Shown: positions 39,347 through 47,974 of the stretch, piece by piece
Position numbering within the stretch: the stretch's first letter is position 1
Layout: each line of letters begins with the position of its first letter
From: Vulcanimicrobiota bacterium
GTDB taxonomy: Bacteria > Vulcanimicrobiota > Xenobia > Xenobiales > JADMJV01
Assembly: GCA_050250895.1 (NCBI GenBank)
Contig: JBFWNU010000001.1
Coordinates: forward strand, 1,288,008-1,352,007
Length of the DNA stretch: 64,000 nucleotides
Direction: 5' to 3'
Notes under the pieces: generated by a model
What the model was told of the DNA's origin: nothing
Databases searched by the model: none
What the model saw: only the letters and a program-made list of their open reading frames with translations
Made by a program: the position numbers and the translations under genes

Positions 39347-39782
39347 CGACCTGCTTCACTCCAACGTTTCGAAAGTCTTCCAGCATCTGGGGGGTTTTGA
39401 CTGGAACAACGTGCCCATCGCCGACTACAAGCCGAGCGACGATTCCTGGCGAGGTGTCACGCGACGAAGTTTTGTCGGCGAGCGGGGCGAATCCCCCCTC
39501 TTTCATCTGCGCTACTTCGAGATCGAGAAGGGCGGCTATACTACCCTCGAACAGCACCAGCACGAGCACGTGGTCGTGTGTATGCGGGGCCGGGGCCAGG
39601 CGGTGTTGGGCTGCCGGACCATCGAGATGGGTTTTGGGGATGTCGTCTATGTGGCTCCCAACGACGCCCATCAGTTCAGAAATGACGACCGGGACGAACC
39701 CTTTGGCTTCTTCTGTATCGTCAACGCCGAACGCGACCGCCCGCGCGAAGCCGAGGCGAACTTCTGCCCAATTTGCGATTGA
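39333..39782 (+). CDS. Cupin-domain protein
   Basis: LRYFEIEKGGYTTLEQHQHEH..HQF..PFGFFCIVNAERDRP. Confidence 0.85.
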   Translation: MSSSTDLLHSNVSKVFQHLGGFDWNNVPIADYKPSDDSWRGVTRRSFVGERGESPLFHLRYFEIEKGGYTTLEQHQHEHVVVCMRGRGQAVLGCRTIEMGFGDVVYVAPNDAHQFRNDDRDEPFGFFCIVNAERDRPREAEANFCPICD

Positions 39783-39862
39783 GAGATGGAGAGCCAGGGC
39801 TCGGCATTTAACGCTCTTGTGACGCCGGGGCGGTAAAGTTTCCTCAGTGAGATGAGCATTGG

Positions 39863-39903
39863 TTGGACCTAACGCCCCGGCGAAAGCCGGGGCTTTTTCT
39901 TTT
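39863..39903 (+). terminator. Intrinsic terminator, copy 1 of a 41-bp direct repeat
   Basis: GCCCCGGC-GAAA-GCCGGGGC plus T run. Confidence 0.8.
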
Positions 39904-39966
39904 TCTACCGAGGTTTCCGGACCTCCTCGTGCCCACTGCGAAACACTATAGGCCTCGCTTCTTGCC

Positions 39967-40138
39967 TGTTCAGGAAATGCGATCCCTCACTCGACGGCCG
40001 GCCCTGGCGGGCCGCCAAAATGGACCTTGAGCGCGAAGCTCACCAACCAAATCCTAGCGTATCCGCCGAAGTGAGAGGTCGCCTAAAGAACATACCATTG
40101 GACCTAACGCCCCGGCGAAAGCCGGGGCTTTTTCTTTT
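39967..40138 (+). ncRNA. Candidate structured ncRNA ending in copy 2 of the 41-bp terminator repeat
   Basis: Long stem 39979-39997/40063-40082 enclosing two hairpins; no credible ORF; + strand terminator at 40109-40138. Confidence 0.35.
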
Positions 40139-40141
40139 GGC

Positions 40142-40969
40142 CTAACCCTTCATGGCTCCTACGGTGATGCCGCGGGTGAGGTGGCGCTCGAGCAGGACGT
40201 AGACGATCAGAGTGGGCACCATCACGATGACCAGGCCCGCGAAGACCATGCCGTAGTCGGTGCGGAACTGGCTCACGATGGTCAGGTTGGCCAGACCCAG
40301 GGGCAGGGTGCGCAGGTCTTGCGAGCCGTGGCCGTTGAGCAGCATGAAGGCCACGAGATACTCGTTCCAGACCCCCAGAAAGGTGAAGATGGCTACCGTC
40401 ACCAGACCGGGGCGGGCCAGGGGTAGCATGACATGCCAGAAGGTCTGCCACTCGCTGGCCCCGTCGAGCAGCGCCGCCTCGCGTAGACCGCCAGGCAGGG
40501 CCCGAAAGAAGCCGGCCAGTAGAAAGACGGCGAAGGGCAAGCTGGTGGCTAGATAGACCAGGGTGAGGCCAGTGCGGGTGTTGAGCAGGCCCAACCACTT
40601 CATCTCGAAGAACAGCGGCACCACGGCCATTTGAATGGGCACCATCATGCCGGCTAGAAAATAGAGCAGCAACAGGCGTGAGTAGGGCCCACCAAAGCGG
40701 GTCAAGGCGTAGGCGGCCATCGCCGAGAGCACCAGGGTCAAGAGGACCGTCACCGTGGTGATGATCAGGCTGTTACCGAAGAAGGCGCCGAAGTGGCCGA
40801 CGGTCCAGGCTCTTGAATAGTTCTCGAGAGCTAACTGTGAGGGGGGCGCGAAGGGATCGAGGAAGATCTCGCGGCTGGGCTTGAAGGAAGTCACGACCAG
40901 CCACAACATCGGCAATAGGGTGGCGGCTAGATAGGCCAGCAGCAGCGGATAGAGGAAGGGCTTTTTCAT
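40142..40969 (-). CDS. Carbohydrate ABC transporter permease
   Basis: EAALLDGAS EAA motif, FLGVWNEY, RTLPLGL. Confidence 0.92.
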   Translation of the reverse strand: MKKPFLYPLLLAYLAATLLPMLWLVVTSFKPSREIFLDPFAPPSQLALENYSRAWTVGHFGAFFGNSLIITTVTVLLTLVLSAMAAYALTRFGGPYSRLLLLYFLAGMMVPIQMAVVPLFFEMKWLGLLNTRTGLTLVYLATSLPFAVFLLAGFFRALPGGLREAALLDGASEWQTFWHVMLPLARPGLVTVAIFTFLGVWNEYLVAFMLLNGHGSQDLRTLPLGLANLTIVSQFRTDYGMVFAGLVIVMVPTLIVYVLLERHLTRGITVGAMKG

Positions 40970-43167
40970 CGCTCGATGGCCTCGCTCTCGGTGAAACGTG
41001 CTGTCACCGCCGAACCCACGAAGACCATGGCGAAGAGCAGGCAAGCGATGGCGGCGGCTTCTCCGATGCGCATGTCGGTGAACATCGAGCGCACCATCAG
41101 GGTGCCAACCACATGGGTGTCGGTGGTGGGTGACTGGTTCATCAACAGCCAGATGGCTTCGAAGGCCTTCATTCCTCCGATGAGCATGAAGATGAGCGAG
41201 GCGGCCAGCGTATCCCAGATCATGGGCAGGGTGATCTGGAAGAATTTGTGGCCTTCGGTGGCGCCGTCCAGTTCGGCCGCCTCATAGAGTTCGGCGGGCA
41301 CGCTCTGCATGGCCGCGAGATAGAGCACCATGTTGAAGCCGCAGGCTCCCCACACCCCCATGGGAATCAAAGCGTGGTAGAGGTGGTCGGTGGACAACCA
41401 GGCGGTGTCGCTGCCGAACAGGCGATTGATCGGTCCCTGGGGGTTGTAGAGCTGTTGCCAGAGCAGAATACCGGCCACTCCCAGCAGGTTGGGGAAGAAG
41501 AAGGCCACGCGAAAGAAGCTCGAGCCCCACAGGCCCTGGTTGAGGCAGTTGGCCAGAAAGAGCGCCAGGGGAACGACCACGGCGGGAATCACCAGCATGA
41601 GATAGAGATTGTTGCCCAGGGCAATCCAGAAGCCGTCCGATTCTAGCAGCAGCCGGCGAAAATGAAGCAAGCCCACGTATTCGGGTCGAGACAGGCTGTC
41701 CCAGCGGGTCAGGCAAAAGCCCAGCGAAGCCAGCGCCGGCAGGACGAAGAAGAGAGTGTAGAGAGCCAGCGACGGCCCCAGGAAGAGGCCCCTCGGACCG
41801 GGCTCGCCACTCGGGGCCGACACGTTTGGGCCCGAACCCAGCCCTAGCACCAGGCCGGCCGCCAACACACCCAGGAAGAGGAGCGCTCGGAAAGGGTAGC
41901 GGACCTCGACCTGGTCGGGATGTTGGGCTCGATTGCGCACCAGTTCGGCGGCCCGCTCGAGCGCCGCGGCCGCTTCGGCCGGCTCGGTCTTGCCGGAAAG
42001 CACCTTGTGGAGCACGTCGTTCCAGGCCTGGGCCATGCCCGGTGGCACTTCGCCGGCGGCTGCTCCGAAGGTCCGCTTGACCCCCCGCAGCTGCTCACCC
42101 ACCGCCGCCATGCTCGTGTTGAGGCGGGTATTGGCTCCGGTGACGGCCACCGGTAGGCCGCGTTCGGCCGCGAATCGGCCGGCCGTCTCGCGAGCCGTGA
42201 GCAGCCGTAAGAAGTCGGCTCCGCCGGCCGGATTGGGACTATGCTTGAAGACGAAGAAATAGCCGCTGTCGATGAAGATGGCCTCGGGGTCGGCCCGCGG
42301 CGAGTCGGGCAGGGGTAAGTTGACCGCGCCCAGCTGGAACCCCTCCGGGATATTGTCTTGCATCTCGCTATAGAGCCAGCTGCCGCAAAAGAGCATGGCC
42401 GCTCGGCCTTTGAAGAACTCGAGCTGGGCCTCGGTGTGACTCATGCCCAGAGCGCCAGGCTGAAAGTCCTCGCGGGCGACCCGGGCGATCAGGCCAAGAG
42501 CCTGCTCCATTTCGGGGTTGGCAAAGCTCCCCGGCTCGAGCCGTTGCTGGGCGTAGTAGGCCTCGCGCCCGGCCAGATGATAGTAGCTATTCTCGACGGC
42601 TACCCGGGCGTAATAGGGGTAGCGACCTTGAAAGGCCAGGGGGGCAAATCCGGCCGCTTTGACCTGCTCGCTTAGCGCGAAGAACTCGTCCCAGGTGCGC
42701 GGCGGCTGCCAACCGTGCTCGGCGAACATTGCCTTGTTGTAATAGACCGACCAGACCACGTAGACCAGCGGAATGCCATAGGTTTTACCGTGGCGAGAAT
42801 AGCGGTCGAGGCTGCCTGGTAAAAAGCTCTCGCGCCAGCTTCCGAGCCCGTCCCAGGCAGGGGCATCGAGAAACTCGTCGAGCGGCATGAGCTGGTCGTG
42901 GTCAAGCAAAGACCAGTAGTTCAGACTGGCATTGGTGACCTCGGGAAAATCGCCTTCGAGCAGCCGCACGCGCAGCTTGTCGTCGATGCGGGGGTCACCG
43001 TAGAGATCGATCGCTTGACCGGTTCGCTGTTGATAGCGCAGGGCTACGTCTTGATAGAAGTCGAGGCCTTCGCCCCCTTCAAAGAGCGGTACCTCGATGG
43101 GCCGGGCCAGGGCTTGCCCCAGCAGGCAGCACCAGCACAGCAGGGCAAAGAGCCACCTTAGAGCCAT
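40966..43167 (-). CDS. Carbohydrate ABC solute-binding protein fused to permease
   Basis: Signal peptide, SBP family 1 (YYNKAMF..PPRTWDEF), then permease with YEAAELDGA. Confidence 0.88.
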   Translation of the reverse strand: MALRWLFALLCWCCLLGQALARPIEVPLFEGGEGLDFYQDVALRYQQRTGQAIDLYGDPRIDDKLRVRLLEGDFPEVTNASLNYWSLLDHDQLMPLDEFLDAPAWDGLGSWRESFLPGSLDRYSRHGKTYGIPLVYVVWSVYYNKAMFAEHGWQPPRTWDEFFALSEQVKAAGFAPLAFQGRYPYYARVAVENSYYHLAGREAYYAQQRLEPGSFANPEMEQALGLIARVAREDFQPGALGMSHTEAQLEFFKGRAAMLFCGSWLYSEMQDNIPEGFQLGAVNLPLPDSPRADPEAIFIDSGYFFVFKHSPNPAGGADFLRLLTARETAGRFAAERGLPVAVTGANTRLNTSMAAVGEQLRGVKRTFGAAAGEVPPGMAQAWNDVLHKVLSGKTEPAEAAAALERAAELVRNRAQHPDQVEVRYPFRALLFLGVLAAGLVLGLGSGPNVSAPSGEPGPRGLFLGPSLALYTLFFVLPALASLGFCLTRWDSLSRPEYVGLLHFRRLLLESDGFWIALGNNLYLMLVIPAVVVPLALFLANCLNQGLWGSSFFRVAFFFPNLLGVAGILLWQQLYNPQGPINRLFGSDTAWLSTDHLYHALIPMGVWGACGFNMVLYLAAMQSVPAELYEAAELDGATEGHKFFQITLPMIWDTLAASLIFMLIGGMKAFEAIWLLMNQSPTTDTHVVGTLMVRSMFTDMRIGEAAAIACLLFAMVFVGSAVTARFTESEAIER

Positions 43168-43337
43168 CCCATCCAGAAGGCCAGACCCAGGCCGCCGGTA
43201 ATGACAGCCCCCATCAGCATGGCTGCCCCTACGATCAAGCGGTTCTGGGGCGGGACCTTCGAGGCCACCAGCGGAGCCAAGACCACATCCATGGCTGCCA
43301 CCGCGAATAGAATCATCGGTAGAAGGTTGTTTTCCAT
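43158..43337 (-). CDS. Small 2-TM membrane protein (59 aa, not in ORF track)
   Basis: MENNLLPMILFAVAAMDVVLAPLVASKVPPQNRLIVGAAMLMGAVITGGLGLAFWMGWL; AAGGA RBS; stop overlaps the next start. Confidence 0.6.
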   Translation of the reverse strand: MENNLLPMILFAVAAMDVVLAPLVASKVPPQNRLIVGAAMLMGAVITGGLGLAFWMGWL

Positions 43338-43432
43338 CTTTCCTTCTTCCGCGCCGCTCAGGGCCTGCCTGCCGCACTCGGGGTTTCTGCAGGTTTCAGC
43401 ATATCTTAAGTCGGGGTGACTAGTTTCAGTCT

Positions 43433-44158
43433 ATGCTAGTTTCTACCGTCTCCTCCAGGCTTGAGAGAATGCTGCGTGAAGATCAGGCCGACCGGCAGCT
43501 TTTTGCCACCACCCCTGCCTCGACGTGGGGCGATGCCGAACACGTAGCGGCCCGGACTCGCATGGGCGAAAACGACACTCGTCGGCGGGCCGAGGTTCAA
43601 GAGATGCTGGACGCCGGCCTGGTTCACGACCCCGACGACTGCTTTAGCGCAGCTATGATTTTTCAGCACGGAACGGTGGCTGACGACTACCTCAAGGCCC
43701 ACCGACTCTCCTATCAGGCCGCTCTGGGTGGGCACGGCCCGGCCCGGGGGCTTACGGCTGCGACCCTGGACCGCTTTCTGCTGACGGTCGAGCGGCCGCA
43801 AATCGTCGGGACCCAGTATTACACCAACGGGCCCTGCCACATGGACCCCTTCGACACCTCGTTGCCCGACCAGGCTCGCCTGGCCCTCGGCGCCCGCACG
43901 CTCGAGCAATCGCGCGTTTTAATGCAGGCCGTCGACCAGGGCCTGCCCTGGGACGAAGCCGTGGCCGCGGCCGCCCAGGTGCCGGTCACTCGTAGCCACG
44001 AGCCACTGCTCGAGCAGGCGCGCGCCCTGCTGGCCGGGCAGGACCTGATTCAGGGCTACGCCCTGGCCGTAGCGGCCGCCCTCGAGCATGAACCCGGGGC
44101 CGAACGGGTGGTCGAAGGCGCCTTCGGACAACTGCGCTCGATTTTGCCCCAGGTCTAA
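43433..44158 (+). CDS. Hypothetical protein (DUF6624-like DQADR..FQH..DR..PQ.GTQ motifs)
   Basis: EDQADR, AAMIFQHG, LDRFLL..PQIVGTQY. Confidence 0.6.
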   Translation: MLVSTVSSRLERMLREDQADRQLFATTPASTWGDAEHVAARTRMGENDTRRRAEVQEMLDAGLVHDPDDCFSAAMIFQHGTVADDYLKAHRLSYQAALGGHGPARGLTAATLDRFLLTVERPQIVGTQYYTNGPCHMDPFDTSLPDQARLALGARTLEQSRVLMQAVDQGLPWDEAVAAAAQVPVTRSHEPLLEQARALLAGQDLIQGYALAVAAALEHEPGAERVVEGAFGQLRSILPQV

Positions 44159-44224
44159 TCCCCTGGGAAGAGAACCCTTCGACCTGCGACAATCGACCAA
44201 TACTCTTTCGAAGGGGGAACCGTT

Positions 44225-45367
44225 TTGAAACGCATTCTACTATTTCTCTTTGGGCTGGTGGTGGCTGGCTCGTCGGCGGCGGGGGCGGCTTGCTGCTATT
44301 TCGCCGCTCTCGATAAGGACGTCAACCAGCCGGGCCAGCGCGCCTTTATTACCTGGGACGAGGAAAAGGCGATGGAGTCTTTTACCGTCCAGCCAATCTT
44401 CGAGGGCAACGCTACCGACTTCGGCATGGTCATTCCTACTCCGGCCCGGCCAAAGCTCCAGGAGATGCCCCGCGACTTCTTCAAAGCCCTGGCCGTCTTC
44501 ACCATTCTCGAGCCGATGGACATGGACAAGTTCAAGCAGCGAATGAGGGTCTACAAATCCTCGGCCGACGGCGCCGCCCGTCCCACTGCGGCTCGACGTG
44601 TAGAGGTTCGCGTGCTCGAGGCCGGTGTGGTCGGAAGCCTCGACTATAAGATACTCGAGGCCGACCGGGCTCAAGCCCTTTACGATTGGCTCAAGCAGAA
44701 CAAATACGTTTACTCGGGCGATGCCGGCACCCTCGACTACTACATCAAGAAAAAGTGGACCTTTACGGTCATGAAGATCGACCCTCGCCAGATGAAGAAG
44801 AACGCCGACGGCACCTACAAAGGCGAGATCACCCCGACCCGCTTCACCTTCTCGAGCAAGCAACCCATCTATCCCCTGCGCATCACCAAGATCAGCGTCA
44901 AGGACCGAACCGACGCTCTGCTCTATGTGATGGCCAAGCGCAAGATGGACATGCCCAAACGCTGGTCCTATCAGCCCTCTTTCTTGAGCATGTGGAGTCA
45001 GGCCATGAGCTTTGCCGTGCCCGCAAAGCTGACCGCTCAAGAGAAACAGTATCTCGATCTGGTCAGGAACGTCGATCTCGAACCGTCGTCGAGTTCGTCC
45101 AATCTCGAGTGGGCCGGCAAGCTCACCAGGGCTCGGCTGGCCTGTTTGACCGACCCCAAGAAATACAATCGACAAGCTCCCGAGGCAGAGGTGAAAAACC
45201 TCAAGTTGTTGTCGGGGCATCTCAAGCAAGATTGGTTCTTGACCAAGTTCCGGCACAGCTTCACCCCGGCCGAGATGACCGAAGACCTGGTGTTGGTGAA
45301 CGCTACCATTGGCAAGAGTAAGGACGATCTCGAATATGTCTCGATTCTGCCTACCAGTCCCCCTTAG
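44225..45367 (+). CDS. DUF2330-domain exported protein
   Basis: Signal peptide then CCYF; QRAFITWD, FEGNATDFGMVIPTP, LYDWLKQNKY, YPLRIT. Confidence 0.75.
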   Translation: MKRILLFLFGLVVAGSSAAGAACCYFAALDKDVNQPGQRAFITWDEEKAMESFTVQPIFEGNATDFGMVIPTPARPKLQEMPRDFFKALAVFTILEPMDMDKFKQRMRVYKSSADGAARPTAARRVEVRVLEAGVVGSLDYKILEADRAQALYDWLKQNKYVYSGDAGTLDYYIKKKWTFTVMKIDPRQMKKNADGTYKGEITPTRFTFSSKQPIYPLRITKISVKDRTDALLYVMAKRKMDMPKRWSYQPSFLSMWSQAMSFAVPAKLTAQEKQYLDLVRNVDLEPSSSSSNLEWAGKLTRARLACLTDPKKYNRQAPEAEVKNLKLLSGHLKQDWFLTKFRHSFTPAEMTEDLVLVNATIGKSKDDLEYVSILPTSPP

Positions 45368-47126
45368 TCTACTGCTGGTGATCTGGCTGGCCCTGCCCGG
45401 GCTCGCTCAGGAGGTGCCCTATTCCTTCGAGCGGCCCGGCGGGCTGACCAGCGACCCTCTCGAGCAGCCCCGCGACGTGACCGGTCGCTCGGTCAAGTTG
45501 CCCCGGGTGCGGGCCTTGCACGATGCCGATGGCACGGTCGCGGGGAGCGCCGGTTGGATGGTAAAACACGACCCCTGGGTGGCCTATGCCTGGGGTCGCG
45601 AACTGGCTTTGCGCGAGTTTTCGGCCCAGGAAGGGGCCTTCGGTGAGAGTGGGCGCCTGGCCGGCACCACCCTCGAGGATCAGTCCACTCCGATGATGAG
45701 CCGCGGTCATGTCAACTCATGCGCGGCCTGCCACAACGTACCCTGGCGCGATATGGGGGCGGGCATCACCATCGCCAAGAACTCGTCGGCCGGGCGCAAC
45801 ACACCCCATCTTTTCGGAGCCGGAGTGGTCGAGATGGTCGGCCAGGAGGTCCGTCGCCAGCTGTTGGCTCAGGCCGACCGTGACGGCAACGGCTGGATTT
45901 CGCTAAAAGAGGCCCGCCAGGCGGGGCCGGCCCAGGTGCAACCCGTGGAGGGGCAGACTCTAGACTTCGGCAGCTTCGCCGACCTGGACGGCGACGACCG
46001 GCCCGATCTCGATCCGGTGGTCTATGTCTGGTATGTCGATGCTCAAGGCCAGAGAATCTCTTGGGCCCGCAGCTCGAGCGACGACCCGGGGGTGGCCGGC
46101 TACAATTTCTCGGTGCAGGTGTTCGGCCATGGTCAAAACGATCGCATCGGGCACGGGGGCCTGGGGGATACCTTACGTTCGGTGGCCGCTAAAGCTCTCG
46201 ACATGCATGCGGGCCTCCAGGCCTTTGACCCGACCTGCAACAACGAGACCCGAGCCGGGTTGACCGGGGTGTCGTTGGCCGGCGCCCAGCAGTTCTTCAC
46301 CGGATTCAGCCGCGACCTGGGCCAGGTTCAAGAATGTGGTGTCAGTCGTGACGACCCCGACCGGGATGGCATCTTCAACGAGATTTCCGAGGGTGACCTC
46401 GATCTGTTGGAATGGTTTCTGCTCAACCATCCGACCCCGTCCGAGCGACCCTCCAAGGCCTTTGTCCGGGGTCGACAGGTAGCCAACGAGGTGGGTTGTT
46501 TCGCCTGCCACACGCCGGATTGGCATCTGCCCAACGATCGCCGCTTCTTCGAGTTGACCGACCACCTCCAGCTTCGCAGTCCCGGACCCAACACGGTCCG
46601 GGGGGTGTATAGCGATTTTCGCCAGCATGACCTTGGTCCGGCCTTTCATGAATTGCAGTTTGACGGAACCGTGCGCACCCATTTTCGTACCCCTCCCCTG
46701 TGGGGGGTGGCCACCTCGATGCCGTATGGGCACGACGGGGCCAGCCTGAGCCTGGAGGAGGTCATCCTGCGCCACCAGGGTGAGGCCGAAGAAGTGACCA
46801 GCCGCTTTCGCCGGTTGCCCGAGGACGAGCGCGACGACCTGCTGGCCTTTCTGGGCGGCCTGGTGCTGCGCTCCACCGACCGGGCGGCCGATGTCGATGG
46901 CGATGGGCGCATCAGTCAGCATTTCATGGTGGCCGGCATGGACACTGGCGTTGAACGCTTCAATCCTGAGTGGTTCTTTCTGCACCCCGGTCGAATCGAG
47001 GGAAGGCAGGTCAACGCCCAGGGGGTCGAACTGGTCTCCCAGGCCCTGACCAACCTGCGTGAGGCTTATGGCCTCGATCTGCCGGGGCTGCTCGATACTG
47101 ACCGTGACGGGTTTGCCGACAGGTGA
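45336..47126 (+). CDS. Di-heme c oxidoreductase (DHOR-like) with Ca-binding-type DxDxDG motifs
   Basis: CAACH, RNTPHLFG, GCFACH, YSDF..HDLG, FRTPPLWGV..HDG. Confidence 0.8.
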   Translation: MSRFCLPVPLSLLLVIWLALPGLAQEVPYSFERPGGLTSDPLEQPRDVTGRSVKLPRVRALHDADGTVAGSAGWMVKHDPWVAYAWGRELALREFSAQEGAFGESGRLAGTTLEDQSTPMMSRGHVNSCAACHNVPWRDMGAGITIAKNSSAGRNTPHLFGAGVVEMVGQEVRRQLLAQADRDGNGWISLKEARQAGPAQVQPVEGQTLDFGSFADLDGDDRPDLDPVVYVWYVDAQGQRISWARSSSDDPGVAGYNFSVQVFGHGQNDRIGHGGLGDTLRSVAAKALDMHAGLQAFDPTCNNETRAGLTGVSLAGAQQFFTGFSRDLGQVQECGVSRDDPDRDGIFNEISEGDLDLLEWFLLNHPTPSERPSKAFVRGRQVANEVGCFACHTPDWHLPNDRRFFELTDHLQLRSPGPNTVRGVYSDFRQHDLGPAFHELQFDGTVRTHFRTPPLWGVATSMPYGHDGASLSLEEVILRHQGEAEEVTSRFRRLPEDERDDLLAFLGGLVLRSTDRAADVDGDGRISQHFMVAGMDTGVERFNPEWFFLHPGRIEGRQVNAQGVELVSQALTNLREAYGLDLPGLLDTDRDGFADR

Positions 47127-47183
47127 CTCAACGGTAACAACCAGGTCCTCGACCTGTTACACGCTGATGGTCTTCATGGGGGT

Positions 47184-47972
47184 ATGAGTATTTCAGCCCG
47201 CACCAACATCGTCGTCGAGAAATTTCGCCAGCAGCACACCCTCGGAGACAAGGCCGCCAAGGCCCAACTGCCAGCCGAAAACCAGGTCGAAAAGGACCTC
47301 AACCAGGCCATCGACGGGTTCTTTCCGAGCCTCGACGAGACGCCGGCCGACGGCGCCTCGGGTGAAAAGGGTCGGGTTCGTTTTCATACCCCCAAGGGCG
47401 AGCGGCTCGAGGTGGTCTATGAAGGCACCAGCCAGAACGGCACCTACACCCAGGAGTGGGTCGGCGGTGGCTTTATCCACACCGAATTCAGGCAAAACAC
47501 GGTCGACAGCCTGGTGGTGGCCCCCAATTGGGCCCGCCTGGTCCATATCGACCGAAGCAATCCTCAGGCCAGCTATAGCGAGTTCCTGAACGAAGCCTGG
47601 AACGTCTATGGCGATCTTCCCAAAGACGACTACACCACCACCCCCAGCGGGCTGCGCTATAAGGTGCTGGAAGAGGGCGAAGGCAACCCGGTGCATGCCG
47701 GTCAAGCCGTGCGCGTTCACTATACTGGTTGGTTGGCCAAAGAGGGCACCAAGTTCGATAGCAGCCACGACCGCCAGCAACCCTTCGAGTTCGCCCTTGG
47801 AGCCGGCCAGGTCATCAAAGGCTGGGACGAGGGAGTGGAAGGCATGAAAGTGGGTGAGCGCCGCCTGCTCAACATTCCGGCCAACCTCGGCTACGGCGAG
47901 CGGGGCGCCCCGCCGGCCATCGGCCCCAACGCTGACCTTCTCTTTGAAGTTCAGCTGTTGGCTGCAGGTTAG
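47184..47972 (+). CDS. FKBP-type peptidyl-prolyl isomerase with N-terminal extension
   Basis: [32 protein letters not shown]. Confidence 0.92.
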   Translation: MSISARTNIVVEKFRQQHTLGDKAAKAQLPAENQVEKDLNQAIDGFFPSLDETPADGASGEKGRVRFHTPKGERLEVVYEGTSQNGTYTQEWVGGGFIHTEFRQNTVDSLVVAPNWARLVHIDRSNPQASYSEFLNEAWNVYGDLPKDDYTTTPSGLRYKVLEEGEGNPVHAGQAVRVHYTGWLAKEGTKFDSSHDRQQPFEFALGAGQVIKGWDEGVEGMKVGERRLLNIPANLGYGERGAPPAIGPNADLLFEVQLLAAG

Positions 47973-47974
47973 CC

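Noticed and set aside
39967-40092. Retron msr/msd, 6S RNA or hammerhead ribozyme
   Set aside because: No reverse transcriptase nearby and no recognisable 6S or CUGAUGA/GAAA core motifs
39863-40138. CRISPR array interpretation of the 41-bp repeat
   Set aside because: Only two copies, a 194-nt spacer and no cas genes
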